A program made the position numbers and the translations under genes. Under the pieces are notes generated by a model. That model did not search any database, was not told where the DNA came from, and saw nothing but the letters and a program-made list of their open reading frames with translations. A stretch of DNA of 48,761 bases from a virus (lineage: Duplodnaviria; Caudoviricetes): positions 1 through 48,761 of the IMG/VR virus record IMGVR_UViG_3300011444_000002. One strand, 5' to 3'. Shown here one piece after another: positions 26,063 to 35,549 of the stretch (position 1 is the stretch's first letter; each line of letters opens with the position of its first letter).

Positions 26063-27388
26063 CTAGACCTCTGCGTATTCCAGGAACCCGCTCGCCTGCG
26101 TGATCGTCGCGAGCGCGGCCGAGAGCTTGTTCCCCGACGTGGTCTCGACCCATCCTCCCGCGGCGAACGGGAGAACGAATCCCGAGCCCGCGCGCAGAGT
26201 CCAGGCCGCGCCGATAACGGTCGTGTTATCGCGCCAGGACCAGGTCCCGTCGACGTTCACGTTCAGGACCGCGGCGAGGACGCGGATCTTTTTCGACGTG
26301 ACGGCCGCGACGAGGTCTCCGGTCGCCGCGAGATTGATCGTCGCGCGTTTGATCTCGCAGGCGACGCCGTCGACGACGATGTATTTCCCGTCCTGGGACG
26401 CGCAGACGGTGTCGGCCGTGCGCGAGCTCGCCGGCATGGTCGCGACGTCGACGTCGCCGATGTTGTTGTTTCCCGCCGGGATCGCCGCGGCCAGGGAGAC
26501 CGAGCCGTCGACCGTGACCGAGCCGCCGCCGTCCTGGACGGTGACGGCCGCGGCGACCGAAACCGGGACCGTCCCCTGGACGCCGACCGGCAGCGGCTTG
26601 GCCGCCGAGACGGCGCGGAGCGTGTCGCCCGCGTCCTCCCAGAGGACCGCTCCCCCGGTGATCGACGCGTCGACGTCGCCCTCGGTGTATTGCGTCGAGC
26701 TCCCGCCGCCGCCCGAGACGACGTCGACCTTCAGGCCGCCGCCGCCGCCCAGGGCTGCCGGGAGCTGCGCCGAGTCGACGGTCAGGCTCCCGCCGCCGTC
26801 CTGGACCGTGACGGGGGCGGCCAGGGAGACCGGCTGCGTATCGGTCGGAGTCGTGGGCTTGTAGAACGCCGCGCCGTCGGAGAGCCGCGTCGAGCTCGGG
26901 GTCGCAGCGGCCGTGTGCTCGGCTGCCGGAGCCGCCGGGACCTTCGCGTTCAGGGCTGCGAGCGTCGTCTGCGTCGCCGCGTCCGCGGGGAGTGGAAGGG
27001 TCGCAGCGGAGACGGGGACGGCCGTCGCGCCGGCAACGCCTTCCACCTTGAGCCCGCCGCCGGGAGCTCCGAGAGCCGCCGGAAGTCGCGCGAGGAGAGC
27101 CGCCAGGTCGACCAGGAGGGCTGCGAGCGTAACCTCGGTCGCAGCTCCGGCGGGGAGCGGGAGAGCTGCGGCCGAGACCGGCTGCGTCCCCGAGGGAATG
27201 TTCCGGACGACGAGACCGGGGTCCGCGCCGCCTGGAGCTGCGGTCGCGATCTTCGCGGGATCGGAGTCGGTCCCGTCGCCGACGCCGATAATCTGCTGCT
27301 CGATCTCGGTCCCCGCGCGGTCGAACGAGCGGGTGTCGATTCGAGCTCCGGCCCCGTCGGGGGCGACCTGGACGAAATCCTTTGCCAT
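26063..27388 (-). CDS. Putative head fibre/decoration protein with internal repeats
   Basis: Duplicated PVSAAxLPLPAxAATxxTLAAL, LPAALGxxGGLKV and VTVQDGGGSxTVD. Confidence 0.65.
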   Translation of the reverse strand: MAKDFVQVAPDGAGARIDTRSFDRAGTEIEQQIIGVGDGTDSDPAKIATAAPGGADPGLVVRNIPSGTQPVSAAALPLPAGAATEVTLAALLVDLAALLARLPAALGAPGGGLKVEGVAGATAVPVSAATLPLPADAATQTTLAALNAKVPAAPAAEHTAAATPSSTRLSDGAAFYKPTTPTDTQPVSLAAPVTVQDGGGSLTVDSAQLPAALGGGGGLKVDVVSGGGGSSTQYTEGDVDASITGGAVLWEDAGDTLRAVSAAKPLPVGVQGTVPVSVAAAVTVQDGGGSVTVDGSVSLAAAIPAGNNNIGDVDVATMPASSRTADTVCASQDGKYIVVDGVACEIKRATINLAATGDLVAAVTSKKIRVLAAVLNVNVDGTWSWRDNTTVIGAAWTLRAGSGFVLPFAAGGWVETTSGNKLSAALATITQASGFLEYAEV

Positions 27389-27427
27389 AGCCGCCCCCCT
27401 ACGGTGCGCGGTGCGCGATGCGCCTTG

Positions 27428-27808
27428 TTAGGCGCGCTTCTTCGCGCTCTTGCTCGTTCCGCTCTTGCGACGGCCGGTCGCGATCGCGCCCGAGCCGGTC
27501 TCGGTCGAGGACTGGTCGTCGTCGGCCGCCTCTGCGTCGGCGAGCTCCTGCGCCGCCGCCTCGCGCTCCTCGTTCTCGATTCGCTGGAGCTCCTGGCGCG
27601 CGTCGAACGCCCGCTTGGAGACGATCAGCTTGTGCCCGCCCTTGACCAGGCGGTCGAGCTCGTCCTGGGAGATCTCGACGGGTTCGCCGGCCTTGTGAAA
27701 GGTCCCGATCCCGTCGGTGAAGTCCTGCGCCGCGACTCCCTCGACGATCTTCCGGGAGTCTGCCTCGCGCTTCGCGGCCAGCTTCTCCGGGTCCTCGCGC
27801 TTCGCCAT
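27428..27808 (-). CDS. Hypothetical charged protein after the capsid gene
   Basis: GGAGGA RBS; 126 aa. Confidence 0.75.
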   Translation of the reverse strand: MAKREDPEKLAAKREADSRKIVEGVAAQDFTDGIGTFHKAGEPVEISQDELDRLVKGGHKLIVSKRAFDARQELQRIENEEREAAAQELADAEAADDDQSSTETGSGAIATGRRKSGTSKSAKKRA

Positions 27809-27826
27809 TTCCGTTCCTCCTGGGGT

Positions 27827-27870
27827 GCGAGTGCGCGGCTCCGACCGTGTCCTGGAGCCGCGCGCCTCGC
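27827..27870 (-). terminator. Hairpin downstream of the major capsid gene
   Basis: GCGCGGCTCC...GGAGCCGCGC stem, extended by GCGAG/CTCGC. Confidence 0.45.
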
Positions 27871-27896
27871 GGTGTGGATCTCGTGCCGGAGTCCGG

Positions 27897-28850
27897 CTAG
27901 ATCGCGGTGATGATGCCGCCGGCTTCCTTGAACGTGACCGCCTCGGCCTGCTTGCGGCGCATCCAGACGAAATCGCCGAACCGACCCGGCCCGCCCTGCG
28001 ACCGAACCGATCCGACGTCGACGCCCTGCGTCCCGAACGTGCGGACGCGGAACTGGAGGCCCCAGGTCGGCGAGACGACGCCCGGGCTCGGGTCGACGTA
28101 GAGGATCTCGACCGTGTCCGTCCCGTCCCAGAGCTGCGCGAGCGACGCGGTCTGGCCCAGGTTCGCGGTGTTCGCGATCATGTAGGGCGTGAGGACCCGC
28201 ATCCCCATGAAACGCGGGGGCAGCTTCGCGTCGGACTGCTGGTCGATCGAGAAGAACGGCACGACCGCGCCGCCCGCGATCAGAGCGGTGTTCTTGAGGA
28301 TGCGCGGGACGACGTCGTCCGGGACGACGATCGTGTTCGGCTCGAACCCCGACGCGATCCGGACGCCGCGCTTGACGTACCGAATATCGCCGATGATATC
28401 GGCCGCGGGATCGTCCCACCCGCCGGTTCCGTTCGCGACCTTGGTCGTCCCATGATTCCCGGCCGTGGTGAGCAGGGCCTTGACGCGCCGCTCCAGGCCG
28501 AGATTCAGGAGGTTGCGGACCAGGTCGATAGCCGCCTGGTCTGCGGCCTGGCGACCCATAACGTCGGCCTCCTCGTCGGTGACGAGGTGCTGGAGACCGC
28601 GCTCGACCGCGACGTACTGCGCGGTCGACTTGCTCCAGTCGACCTCGCCGAGAGGTGCGCCCGGCGCGCGGACGTCGACGTACTGGTCCGAGTAGATCTC
28701 CGGACCCTTGAAAAGATTGTAGACGCCGATCTCGGCGTCGACGGGGAGGACGGACATTACCTCGTCCGCGATCCCGGCCTGCTGCTTGAGTCCGACCGCG
28801 TAGTTCGTGAGGAACGGCACGTTCGGACGGAGGTTTCTCGGGCTCGGCAT
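27897..28850 (-). CDS. Major capsid protein
   Basis: FLTNYAVG...IADEV...VRAPGA...WDDPAADIIGDI...GFEPNTIVV; follows the protease and decoration genes. Confidence 0.88.
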   Translation of the reverse strand: MPSPRNLRPNVPFLTNYAVGLKQQAGIADEVMSVLPVDAEIGVYNLFKGPEIYSDQYVDVRAPGAPLGEVDWSKSTAQYVAVERGLQHLVTDEEADVMGRQAADQAAIDLVRNLLNLGLERRVKALLTTAGNHGTTKVANGTGGWDDPAADIIGDIRYVKRGVRIASGFEPNTIVVPDDVVPRILKNTALIAGGAVVPFFSIDQQSDAKLPPRFMGMRVLTPYMIANTANLGQTASLAQLWDGTDTVEILYVDPSPGVVSPTWGLQFRVRTFGTQGVDVGSVRSQGGPGRFGDFVWMRRKQAEAVTFKEAGGIITAI

Positions 28851-28888
28851 GGCAGCTTGTTCCTTTCCTCGTTAGGCGGGTCCGAAGG

Positions 28889-29305
28889 CTAGGAGACCGC
28901 CAGGCCGCGCGTCTGGTTGATGTGAGCGGAGATCACGTCGCCGTCGGCTCCGGTGACGGTGGCGTGACCGCAGACTTCCTTGTTCGTCGCGACTGCGGTC
29001 TTGAACGAACCGTTCGCCGCGACGCAGATCGGATCGCCCGCGGCGATCGCGCCCGAGCAGCGGATCTCGACGTCGCCGCCCGCGACGTAGGAGATCTCCT
29101 GGCCGGCGACGCCAGGGTTCGCGGAGTCCATGAGAGCAACGCCCGCGAACTTCGCCTCGTTGTTCGCCGTGCCGAGCTTCACGGTCTCCGAGTCGGTGTC
29201 CGACGCGTAGACGAGAGCCTGGCCGCGGAGTACGACGGTCGTGTTCGCCGTCAGGCCCGACCGAATCTGGTCGGGGAAATTGGGGAGTCTCTTGTTGTTC
29301 GGCAT
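28889..29305 (-). CDS. Capsid cement/decoration protein (DUF2190-like)
   Basis: FAGVA...GDVEIRCSGAIAAGDPICVAANG...GHA...ADGDVI. Confidence 0.75.
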   Translation of the reverse strand: MPNNKRLPNFPDQIRSGLTANTTVVLRGQALVYASDTDSETVKLGTANNEAKFAGVALMDSANPGVAGQEISYVAGGDVEIRCSGAIAAGDPICVAANGSFKTAVATNKEVCGHATVTGADGDVISAHINQTRGLAVS

Positions 29306-29363
29306 GTCGCCTTGCTCCTTCGCTTGGAGTGCGCGCCGTTAGGCGCGAACGATGCCCGCGCCT

Positions 29364-30632
29364 CTAGACGTGGACGCCCTCGGACTCGCGCTCGAAAGCC
29401 GGAGCCGCTTCGCCGAACGACTTGTAGCCGCGTCCCTTCGCCCAGGCTCCCAGACGCTTGAGCCGAGCGACGTCCTGGTCGGACGCGTCCTTGGGGACGA
29501 TGATCGGGAATCCCGGGCCCTCGTTCTCCGCGAACTGGAGAACGCCCATCCGGTCGACCGACGGCGCGCCCGACTTCGGAGCCGGCACGTCGAGCGGGGA
29601 GAAGTGCGCGAGCGGCTGGCGCGCGTTCTCCGACTCCATGTAGTCGGCCAGCGCGGAGACCCGCGTCTCGCCGAACTGGAGGACCTGGCCGCGGAGAGCC
29701 TTCGCCCGCGCGATCGTGCGGTCCTTGTCCTTCCCCTCGATCTTGCCGTCGGCGACGAGCCGCTCGGCGAACTGGACGATCGCCCGGTCGCCGTGCTCGG
29801 GATCGGTCTCGGCCAGGCGCGAGTTCAGCGTCGCGACCTCCTGCCGGAGCGGCGCGACCGCGGCCTCGACCGCGGCCTGGACGACGCCCTGGACCTCGGA
29901 GAGCTGGATAGTCCCGCCCGCGGGATTCGAGCCCGGCGAGTGCGTGGGCGTGGTCGCCGGGGGATTCGTCGCGGGCGGGGTGCTGGTCGGCGTCGTCGTG
30001 CTCGGTCCCGGAGTGGGGTTCGGGCTCGGCGTCGGCGGGGTCGTGGCCGGCGGGGTCGCGGGCGGGGTCGCGGGCGGGACGCCGGTCGGGTTCGGATTGG
30101 TGCCCATGTTCGAGGCTCCTTCGGTGACGTCCTCGGCGAACCGCAGGACAGGGTTTTCGAGTGGCATCGGGAACGCCGCGGCCTCGCCCTCGGAGAGCAG
30201 GACGGGCCGTAGGAGCCCCTTTTGCGCGGGCGTGTCCGCGCCAACGAAAGCGACCGCCCGCAAGTGAAGGCGGCCGGTCGTTCGGAACTGCCGGTAGATC
30301 TCGGGCGTGACGGCATGGAGCCGGCCCGAGTTCACGAGCTCGCGGAGCTCCGCGGTCGCGCCGTGGACCTTTGCGACGACCGAGTCCTTCACCCGGCGCA
30401 GAGCTGCGACCAGGCCGTGATTGATTCCCTTCCTGGCGGGGTCGTTCGGCTCGCGCAGGTCGTGGTCGATTACCGCCGTCGCCTGGTGGAGCGCGGTCGG
30501 GGCGTAGTCGGCGACGATCTGGTCGAAGTCGGAGAGGGTGAGGTCGTCCGAGATTCCGTGGTGCTCGCCCAGGCGCAGGATCTCGATCTCGTCGGGTTCC
30601 AGATCTTCGGGGAGGAGAGCGCGCGCTGTCAT
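29364..30632 (-). CDS. Mu-like prohead protease/scaffold
   Basis: IEILRLGEH...VIDHD...LVNSGRLHAVTPEI...LRAVAFVGADTPAQKGL; Pro/Thr linker; helical scaffold C-terminus. Confidence 0.8.
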   Translation of the reverse strand: MTARALLPEDLEPDEIEILRLGEHHGISDDLTLSDFDQIVADYAPTALHQATAVIDHDLREPNDPARKGINHGLVAALRRVKDSVVAKVHGATAELRELVNSGRLHAVTPEIYRQFRTTGRLHLRAVAFVGADTPAQKGLLRPVLLSEGEAAAFPMPLENPVLRFAEDVTEGASNMGTNPNPTGVPPATPPATPPATTPPTPSPNPTPGPSTTTPTSTPPATNPPATTPTHSPGSNPAGGTIQLSEVQGVVQAAVEAAVAPLRQEVATLNSRLAETDPEHGDRAIVQFAERLVADGKIEGKDKDRTIARAKALRGQVLQFGETRVSALADYMESENARQPLAHFSPLDVPAPKSGAPSVDRMGVLQFAENEGPGFPIIVPKDASDQDVARLKRLGAWAKGRGYKSFGEAAPAFERESEGVHV

Positions 30633-30721
30633 GCCGGCCAGAGTGGCGGCCGCGGCGCAGCTTGTGAAACGAGGAACGAGGACGCGATTCTACAAACCGT
30701 TTCGCGCGGCCGGCTCCAGCT

Positions 30722-31756
30722 CTACTTTGCGGCGCGCGCTTGACGCTTGAGGTAGGCCGACGGGTTCGAGCGGAAACCCTCGTCTGGCAGGGCTCGGACC
30801 TTGGTCGCCTTGCCGCCCTTGTAGACCGTCGCGTACTGCGGAATCCGGTCCTCTTTGATCCCGTAGGTTCGGACCGTATTCACGGTGACGCCGATAACCT
30901 TGCATCGGCAGCGGAACCCGTTCGGCGGCCAGATCGTGTTCCAGATCGGGTTCGAGCGCGCGTAGAACTTGTTATGGAATACCGCGTGCGTCGGCCGCAC
31001 CCGCTCGTCGTTCATCGTGAGATAGCGAAAGAACGGGATCAGCGGCGCGACCTTCGGATCGTGGAGCGACTCCCAGGACGCAGCTCCATAGGCCCCGAGA
31101 AAGTTCTGCTCCGCGACGAGCTCGGCGTGCCAGGGCGCGAGCGGCTGGTATCCCTGCGCGGCGAACTTGCGGTTCAGCTTGAGGCCGACCGCCGTCGGGG
31201 CGTCGCCGTTTCGGATCCCCTTCTGGACCTCGCGCCGTGCAAGTTCGAGCATGGTCTTTCGAGTAACGCCCGCGATCGTGAACGCCGAGTGTTTCGCCGA
31301 GTCGGTCAGCTTGAGGAACTGCGGCTTTGTCAGGAGCCCTTTCCCGTCCAGGTAGGAGAGCGCGCGCCGCACGATCCGGTCGTCCGACCAGGAGTCGGGG
31401 AGCTTGGGGATCCGCTCGGCGAATAGCAGCGTCGGGTCGAACACGTCGCGGAGCGCGTGATAGCGGCCGACGACCAGGCCGGCCAGGATCACGCCGGCCA
31501 GGGCCTCTGCCAGGTCGTCTCCATTGATCGGGGTCGTCGGGGTGCGTTCGAGCCTGCGGATCGCGGCGAGCGACTGCGCGTTCGTCGACGCGCTCGCGGT
31601 GCGGTACACGATCGCCGACTGGATCGTGTCGAGCTCCGCGGCGACCAGGACGACGCCGGCCCGGATCACGAGGTCCTGCTCGCGGTCGAGCTGCCGGATC
31701 CCAGGGGTCGAGAGCTTCCCCCTGGTCTCGGCGAGCTGGAGGACGGCTGCGCCCAC
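30722..31756 (-). CDS. Minor head protein (Mu gpF/SPP1 gp7 family)
   Basis: AFTIAGV...YLTMNDERVRPTH...WNTIWPPNGFRCRC...PDEGFRSNP. Confidence 0.9.
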   Translation of the reverse strand: MGAAVLQLAETRGKLSTPGIRQLDREQDLVIRAGVVLVAAELDTIQSAIVYRTASASTNAQSLAAIRRLERTPTTPINGDDLAEALAGVILAGLVVGRYHALRDVFDPTLLFAERIPKLPDSWSDDRIVRRALSYLDGKGLLTKPQFLKLTDSAKHSAFTIAGVTRKTMLELARREVQKGIRNGDAPTAVGLKLNRKFAAQGYQPLAPWHAELVAEQNFLGAYGAASWESLHDPKVAPLIPFFRYLTMNDERVRPTHAVFHNKFYARSNPIWNTIWPPNGFRCRCKVIGVTVNTVRTYGIKEDRIPQYATVYKGGKATKVRALPDEGFRSNPSAYLKRQARAAK

Positions 31757-33153
31757 TAGGCCGCCGCGCTATCGCCCATCGAGGCCGCGTTCGTCCCCGA
31801 GTCGAGGGTGTCGGTCGCGCCCGTCACGTCGTCGGGGTTGCCGCCGCCCGCGCCGCCGAACGCAGGGATCGGCGTCGGCTTCACGAGGATAGCCTCGCCC
31901 GGCTTGGGCATCGGCACGCCGAGAGCTGCGTAGGCGAACTCCATCGGGATTTCCATCCCGAGCTCCTGCGCGAGCTGGAGCGTCTCGGCGATCTTCGCGG
32001 TGTCGACGGCCGGCTCGGCGTGAACGACGGCCTTCGGATACTCGTTCGCCGGCCGCGGTCCGAAATTGGCGTCGACGAGCATCCTCGACAGCTCGTTCAG
32101 GAAATCGGCCATCGTGAACGCGTCGTACTGGAGGTAGTCCTGCCGGACTGCGCCCTGCTCGTTTGCGACGCCCGAGTTCAGGCCCGTAGGCTTGGCCGTC
32201 GAGGAGAGGACCTGGCCCAGGACGGCGATCGCCTGCTCGTCGTTCAGGACCTCCAGGAGTTGCTTGTATGCCTCGACGTTCCCCGCGCGCGCCGACTCGA
32301 TCGGTTTCAGCTCGACCGCGTCGTCGTGCGCGACCGCCTGGGATTCGAGCGCGCCCTCTGCCATTTCGAGAATCGCGTCGGCGTTCGCCTTCGCGTTCCC
32401 CTTGTAGATCGCCTCCAGGGTCGGCGTCGCGTGCTTCTCGCAGTAGACCGCCCAGAAGTTTAGAACGTGCTTCTTATACGTCGCGTTGTAGTGGAGGACC
32501 TGGCCGATCCCGACCCCGTAGGGGTTCCAATGCTTCGCGCGGTGTCGCATGACAACGGCTTTCCGCGGGTCGACGGGTTTCGAGAGGGAGAGGTCGGCGG
32601 GGTTTACGATCACGCGAGGCCGCCAGGCCGCGTCGAATACGAACTGCCGCGGGTCGTGGTCTCTGAGCTCGACGATCGTCGAGTAGCCGTCGACGCCGCC
32701 CCAGATCGGCTCGGTGATCGAGTAGCCTTTCCGGCGCGATCCCTGGAACGCCCGACGGCGCGCGTCCTCGAAGTCCTTCACGCCCCAGAACGCCCGCGTT
32801 ACGAACTCGGCCTCGGCCTTCGCCTGGTCGGAGTCGTTCGCCGGCTGGATCTCCCATCCCAGGCCGATCACGCTCTGCGTCCGCGTTTCGTAGAGGCCGG
32901 AGAGGTTCGGGTCCCCGTCGGCGTCGGCGTCGTAGATCCCGAGCCCGAGGTCCTCGCCCTCTGCCTCCAGGACGGGGTCGGGGTTTAGGACGATCATGTC
33001 GTCGCCCTTCCCCTGCGTCCCGTAGAGGAACTTCTGGTCGCGGAACGCGAAGTCGAAAACGCTCTTTCCCTTGACCGCGATCGTCCCCGACGGGGGCTCG
33101 ATCGCCGCGGGCGAGCGGCGCGGGATATCGACGGTTTCGGACGTGGGGACCAT
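31756..33153 (-). CDS. Portal protein (Mu gp29/DUF935 family)
   Basis: KGYSITEPIW...NPYGVG...WAVYCEKHATP...AVLGQVLSS. Confidence 0.88.
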   Translation of the reverse strand: MVPTSETVDIPRRSPAAIEPPSGTIAVKGKSVFDFAFRDQKFLYGTQGKGDDMIVLNPDPVLEAEGEDLGLGIYDADADGDPNLSGLYETRTQSVIGLGWEIQPANDSDQAKAEAEFVTRAFWGVKDFEDARRRAFQGSRRKGYSITEPIWGGVDGYSTIVELRDHDPRQFVFDAAWRPRVIVNPADLSLSKPVDPRKAVVMRHRAKHWNPYGVGIGQVLHYNATYKKHVLNFWAVYCEKHATPTLEAIYKGNAKANADAILEMAEGALESQAVAHDDAVELKPIESARAGNVEAYKQLLEVLNDEQAIAVLGQVLSSTAKPTGLNSGVANEQGAVRQDYLQYDAFTMADFLNELSRMLVDANFGPRPANEYPKAVVHAEPAVDTAKIAETLQLAQELGMEIPMEFAYAALGVPMPKPGEAILVKPTPIPAFGGAGGGNPDDVTGATDTLDSGTNAASMGDSAAA

Positions 33154-33167
33154 GCTCGACTCCTCGG

Positions 33168-34739
33168 TTAACGGCGACGCATCGGGAACCGCTTAATCTT
33201 ACTCGCCCTGGCGAGGCCGGCGAAATGTCGCTTCGTCGAGCTCGTGAGAGCCGTCCCGCTCCCGGGGTTCTGCTCGGCCTGCCAGACCGCGAGAGCTAGA
33301 GCCATGATGTAGTCCCAGGTCTCGTCGCGGTCGCCCTCGGGATCAGTACCGTAGAGCCCGAGCTGCCGCAACAATTCCTCGTCGTTCGGCACGACGAATA
33401 GCCGCCGCTCGATCGCGAGTTTCAGTCGGAGTAGGAGCTGGTCTTTGCTCGGTTTCGTGAACTCGAACCGATCGTGCGGAATGTTCAGGAAGTCGACCAG
33501 GACGTCGCCGACCGAGCCGTGCGTCGAGTCGATCAGGATCGACGCCCGCCACTTGCGGACCTCCTCCTCGATCTCGGCCTGCTGGAACTCCCATCCGATC
33601 CCGCGGAACGCCCGGATCGAGACGACGCGCCAGGGCCGAACGTCGATCCGCATAACGACGAGCACGCTCCAGGACTTCCAGCGTCCGAGGTCGCAGCCGG
33701 CGACGACGACGTTCCCGTCCTGGTAGACGCCCTGGTGGAGCGGGCCTCCCGGGTTCAGGTCGTCGTTCCGGATCCCGCCCTCCTCGACCGGCGCGAGGTC
33801 GGCGGCCTTGCAGAGCGCGCCCTCGACCTCCAGGAACTCGGCGTTTAGCTCCTGGTCGATCGCGCTCGGAGAGAGGTTCTCGCGCAGCTCGGCGAGGGCC
33901 TCGGGCGTGAGCCAGGGGTTCTCGTCGGACCGCCAACGAATGTTCATGTGGTCGAGGAGCGACGCGCCGTAGATCCCTGGAGCGACCTCCTCGTCGAGGT
34001 CTCGGATCAGGCGTCGCCGCATTTCGCGCGCCTCGGTCCGCTCGTTCTGCGTCCAGGCCGAGTGGTAGAAGTTCAGGCCGTTAGGAGTCGTCGTCGTCGA
34101 GTAGGTTCCATTCACGTCGGCCAGGGTCGGGAGGATCACGGCGCGGTCGCGCTTGGAGCCGAACGCGGCCTCGTCCTGATTGACCTTCCCGTACCATTCG
34201 CCGCGGACGTTGTCGCCGCCGTTCTGGAGGGAGCGCGCCCAATATTCGGTCCCCGTAACCCAGGTGAGCCGAAAGAACGGTGAGCGGTCGAGGTCGGAGA
34301 TCAGCGTCCGGCCGATCTTGGTCCTGGAGCAGAGCCCGATCGCCTCCTGCGGAATGAGCAACGCCTGCTGATAGGTGCGCGCGGTGTTCAGGAACTTAGA
34401 TCTCGGCTGGAAGATCCCCGCGTGGACGTCGTCGGCCGCCTGCGTGAACGACTTCCCGGCGCGCCGGCCGGCGCAGAGGTTCCGCGTCTTTGCGAATGTG
34501 CCGGCGCGGAGCCAGCGCGCCTGCTTCGGCGTCGGGTCGAACTGGAGAACCTCCCGGCAAAAGGCGACCTTATCGACCGCCCATCGTTCGACGAGGTACT
34601 GGAGCGACTGCGGGAGCCGGAGAGCTCGCCGGACGACGTCCGGGTCCGCGAGACTCACGGTAGCGGGAGCCGTTTCGTCGGCGGGAGCCTGAGCGGGTGC
34701 GGGAGCATACGGACGAGCCGCGCGATCGTCGGGCTCCAT
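33168..34739 (-). CDS. terL: Terminase large subunit
   Basis: PTPKQ; Walker A AGRRAGKS; Walker B DEAAF; TTPNGLN; nuclease motifs GCDLG and DYIMALALA. Start codon uncertain. Confidence 0.93.
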   Translation of the reverse strand: MEPDDRAARPYAPAPAQAPADETAPATVSLADPDVVRRALRLPQSLQYLVERWAVDKVAFCREVLQFDPTPKQARWLRAGTFAKTRNLCAGRRAGKSFTQAADDVHAGIFQPRSKFLNTARTYQQALLIPQEAIGLCSRTKIGRTLISDLDRSPFFRLTWVTGTEYWARSLQNGGDNVRGEWYGKVNQDEAAFGSKRDRAVILPTLADVNGTYSTTTTPNGLNFYHSAWTQNERTEAREMRRRLIRDLDEEVAPGIYGASLLDHMNIRWRSDENPWLTPEALAELRENLSPSAIDQELNAEFLEVEGALCKAADLAPVEEGGIRNDDLNPGGPLHQGVYQDGNVVVAGCDLGRWKSWSVLVVMRIDVRPWRVVSIRAFRGIGWEFQQAEIEEEVRKWRASILIDSTHGSVGDVLVDFLNIPHDRFEFTKPSKDQLLLRLKLAIERRLFVVPNDEELLRQLGLYGTDPEGDRDETWDYIMALALAVWQAEQNPGSGTALTSSTKRHFAGLARASKIKRFPMRRR

Positions 34740-34960
34740 CCCCCGAAGCGACCCCGGGCTGCGACCCGAACGCGCCAGAGCCCGAGCTCGCGCCGGCAGC
34801 GCGCGCAGTCGAGCAGGTGCTCGGGTTCGAGGAGAGCGCGCTCGCCGCCATGCGGCGCGACGACGACGTGCGTCGGCTCGTAGGAGCGCGCCCGCGAGAA
34901 CGCCTCTTTCGCCGCTTGAATGTCCTTCACGATATCGGACCCCGAGTCCCAGGGCTTCAC
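34655..34960 (-). CDS. Hypothetical protein
   Basis: GTGA coupling; HLLDCARC; overlaps the predicted terL start. Confidence 0.5.
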   Translation of the reverse strand: MKPWDSGSDIVKDIQAAKEAFSRARSYEPTHVVVAPHGGERALLEPEHLLDCARCRRELGLWRVRVAARGRFGGWSPTIARLVRMLPHPLRLPPTKRLPLP

Positions 34961-35304
34961 AGTCCGAGCTCCAGGTTCCGGGCGACGGGTGCCGGCGGTG
35001 CGGCGCAGAGCTCGTGCCGGCACGCCTGGCAGAGCGCGACGATCCTCCCCGAGACCAGGGTCCGAGGGTTTCGTTCGGCCGCCTTCACGACTTCCAGGCG
35101 CACGATCTCGTCGCGGATCCCCTGGAGCTCGTAGCCTGGGACCTGGACGCCCTGGAGGGTGAGCCATCGCCCGGTCGACGGGGAAAACCGGGCCCAGGAG
35201 CCGCCAGGCCGGCGACGGACGATCGACGCCGCGCCGGCCTTGCACGCCTCGCAGAGCCCGCGGGCCCGCTCCAGGGCGTGCGCCTGCTCGGGCTCGGGGA
35301 TCAT
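34957..35304 (-). CDS. Zn-binding, degenerate HNH-like protein
   Basis: ERARGLCEAC...ALCQACRH, lacking the catalytic His; ATGA coupling. Confidence 0.55.
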   Translation of the reverse strand: MIPEPEQAHALERARGLCEACKAGAASIVRRRPGGSWARFSPSTGRWLTLQGVQVPGYELQGIRDEIVRLEVVKAAERNPRTLVSGRIVALCQACRHELCAAPPAPVARNLELGL

Positions 35305-35549
35305 CGCCGGCCCCGGATCTCGCGCTTCGTCCAGCCACAAGCCGGACAGAGCGGGGAGCCGCCGCGCCAGGACGTGAACGTCGCCCACCGATGCGGCTTG
35401 AGGCATGGGACGAGAGCCATTTGCGGCCAGACCGCGCGCTCGCGCCGGACCCGCTCGGCCTCGACCCGGCTCCGAGCTGCGATCCTCTGCGCGCGCCGGA
35501 CGTCGACCCCGGCGCGGCCGAACCGGATCTCGCCGTTCGGGAGGATCAC
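35301..35549 (-). CDS. Small Zn-ribbon protein
   Basis: CLKPH...CPACG; coupled at both ends. Confidence 0.65.
   Translation of the reverse strand: MILPNGEIRFGRAGVDVRRAQRIAARSRVEAERVRRERAVWPQMALVPCLKPHRWATFTSWRGGSPLCPACGWTKREIRGRR

Noticed and set aside
29930-30105. Low-complexity repeat as a separate element
   Set aside because: It encodes the Pro/Thr linker between the protease and scaffold domains.
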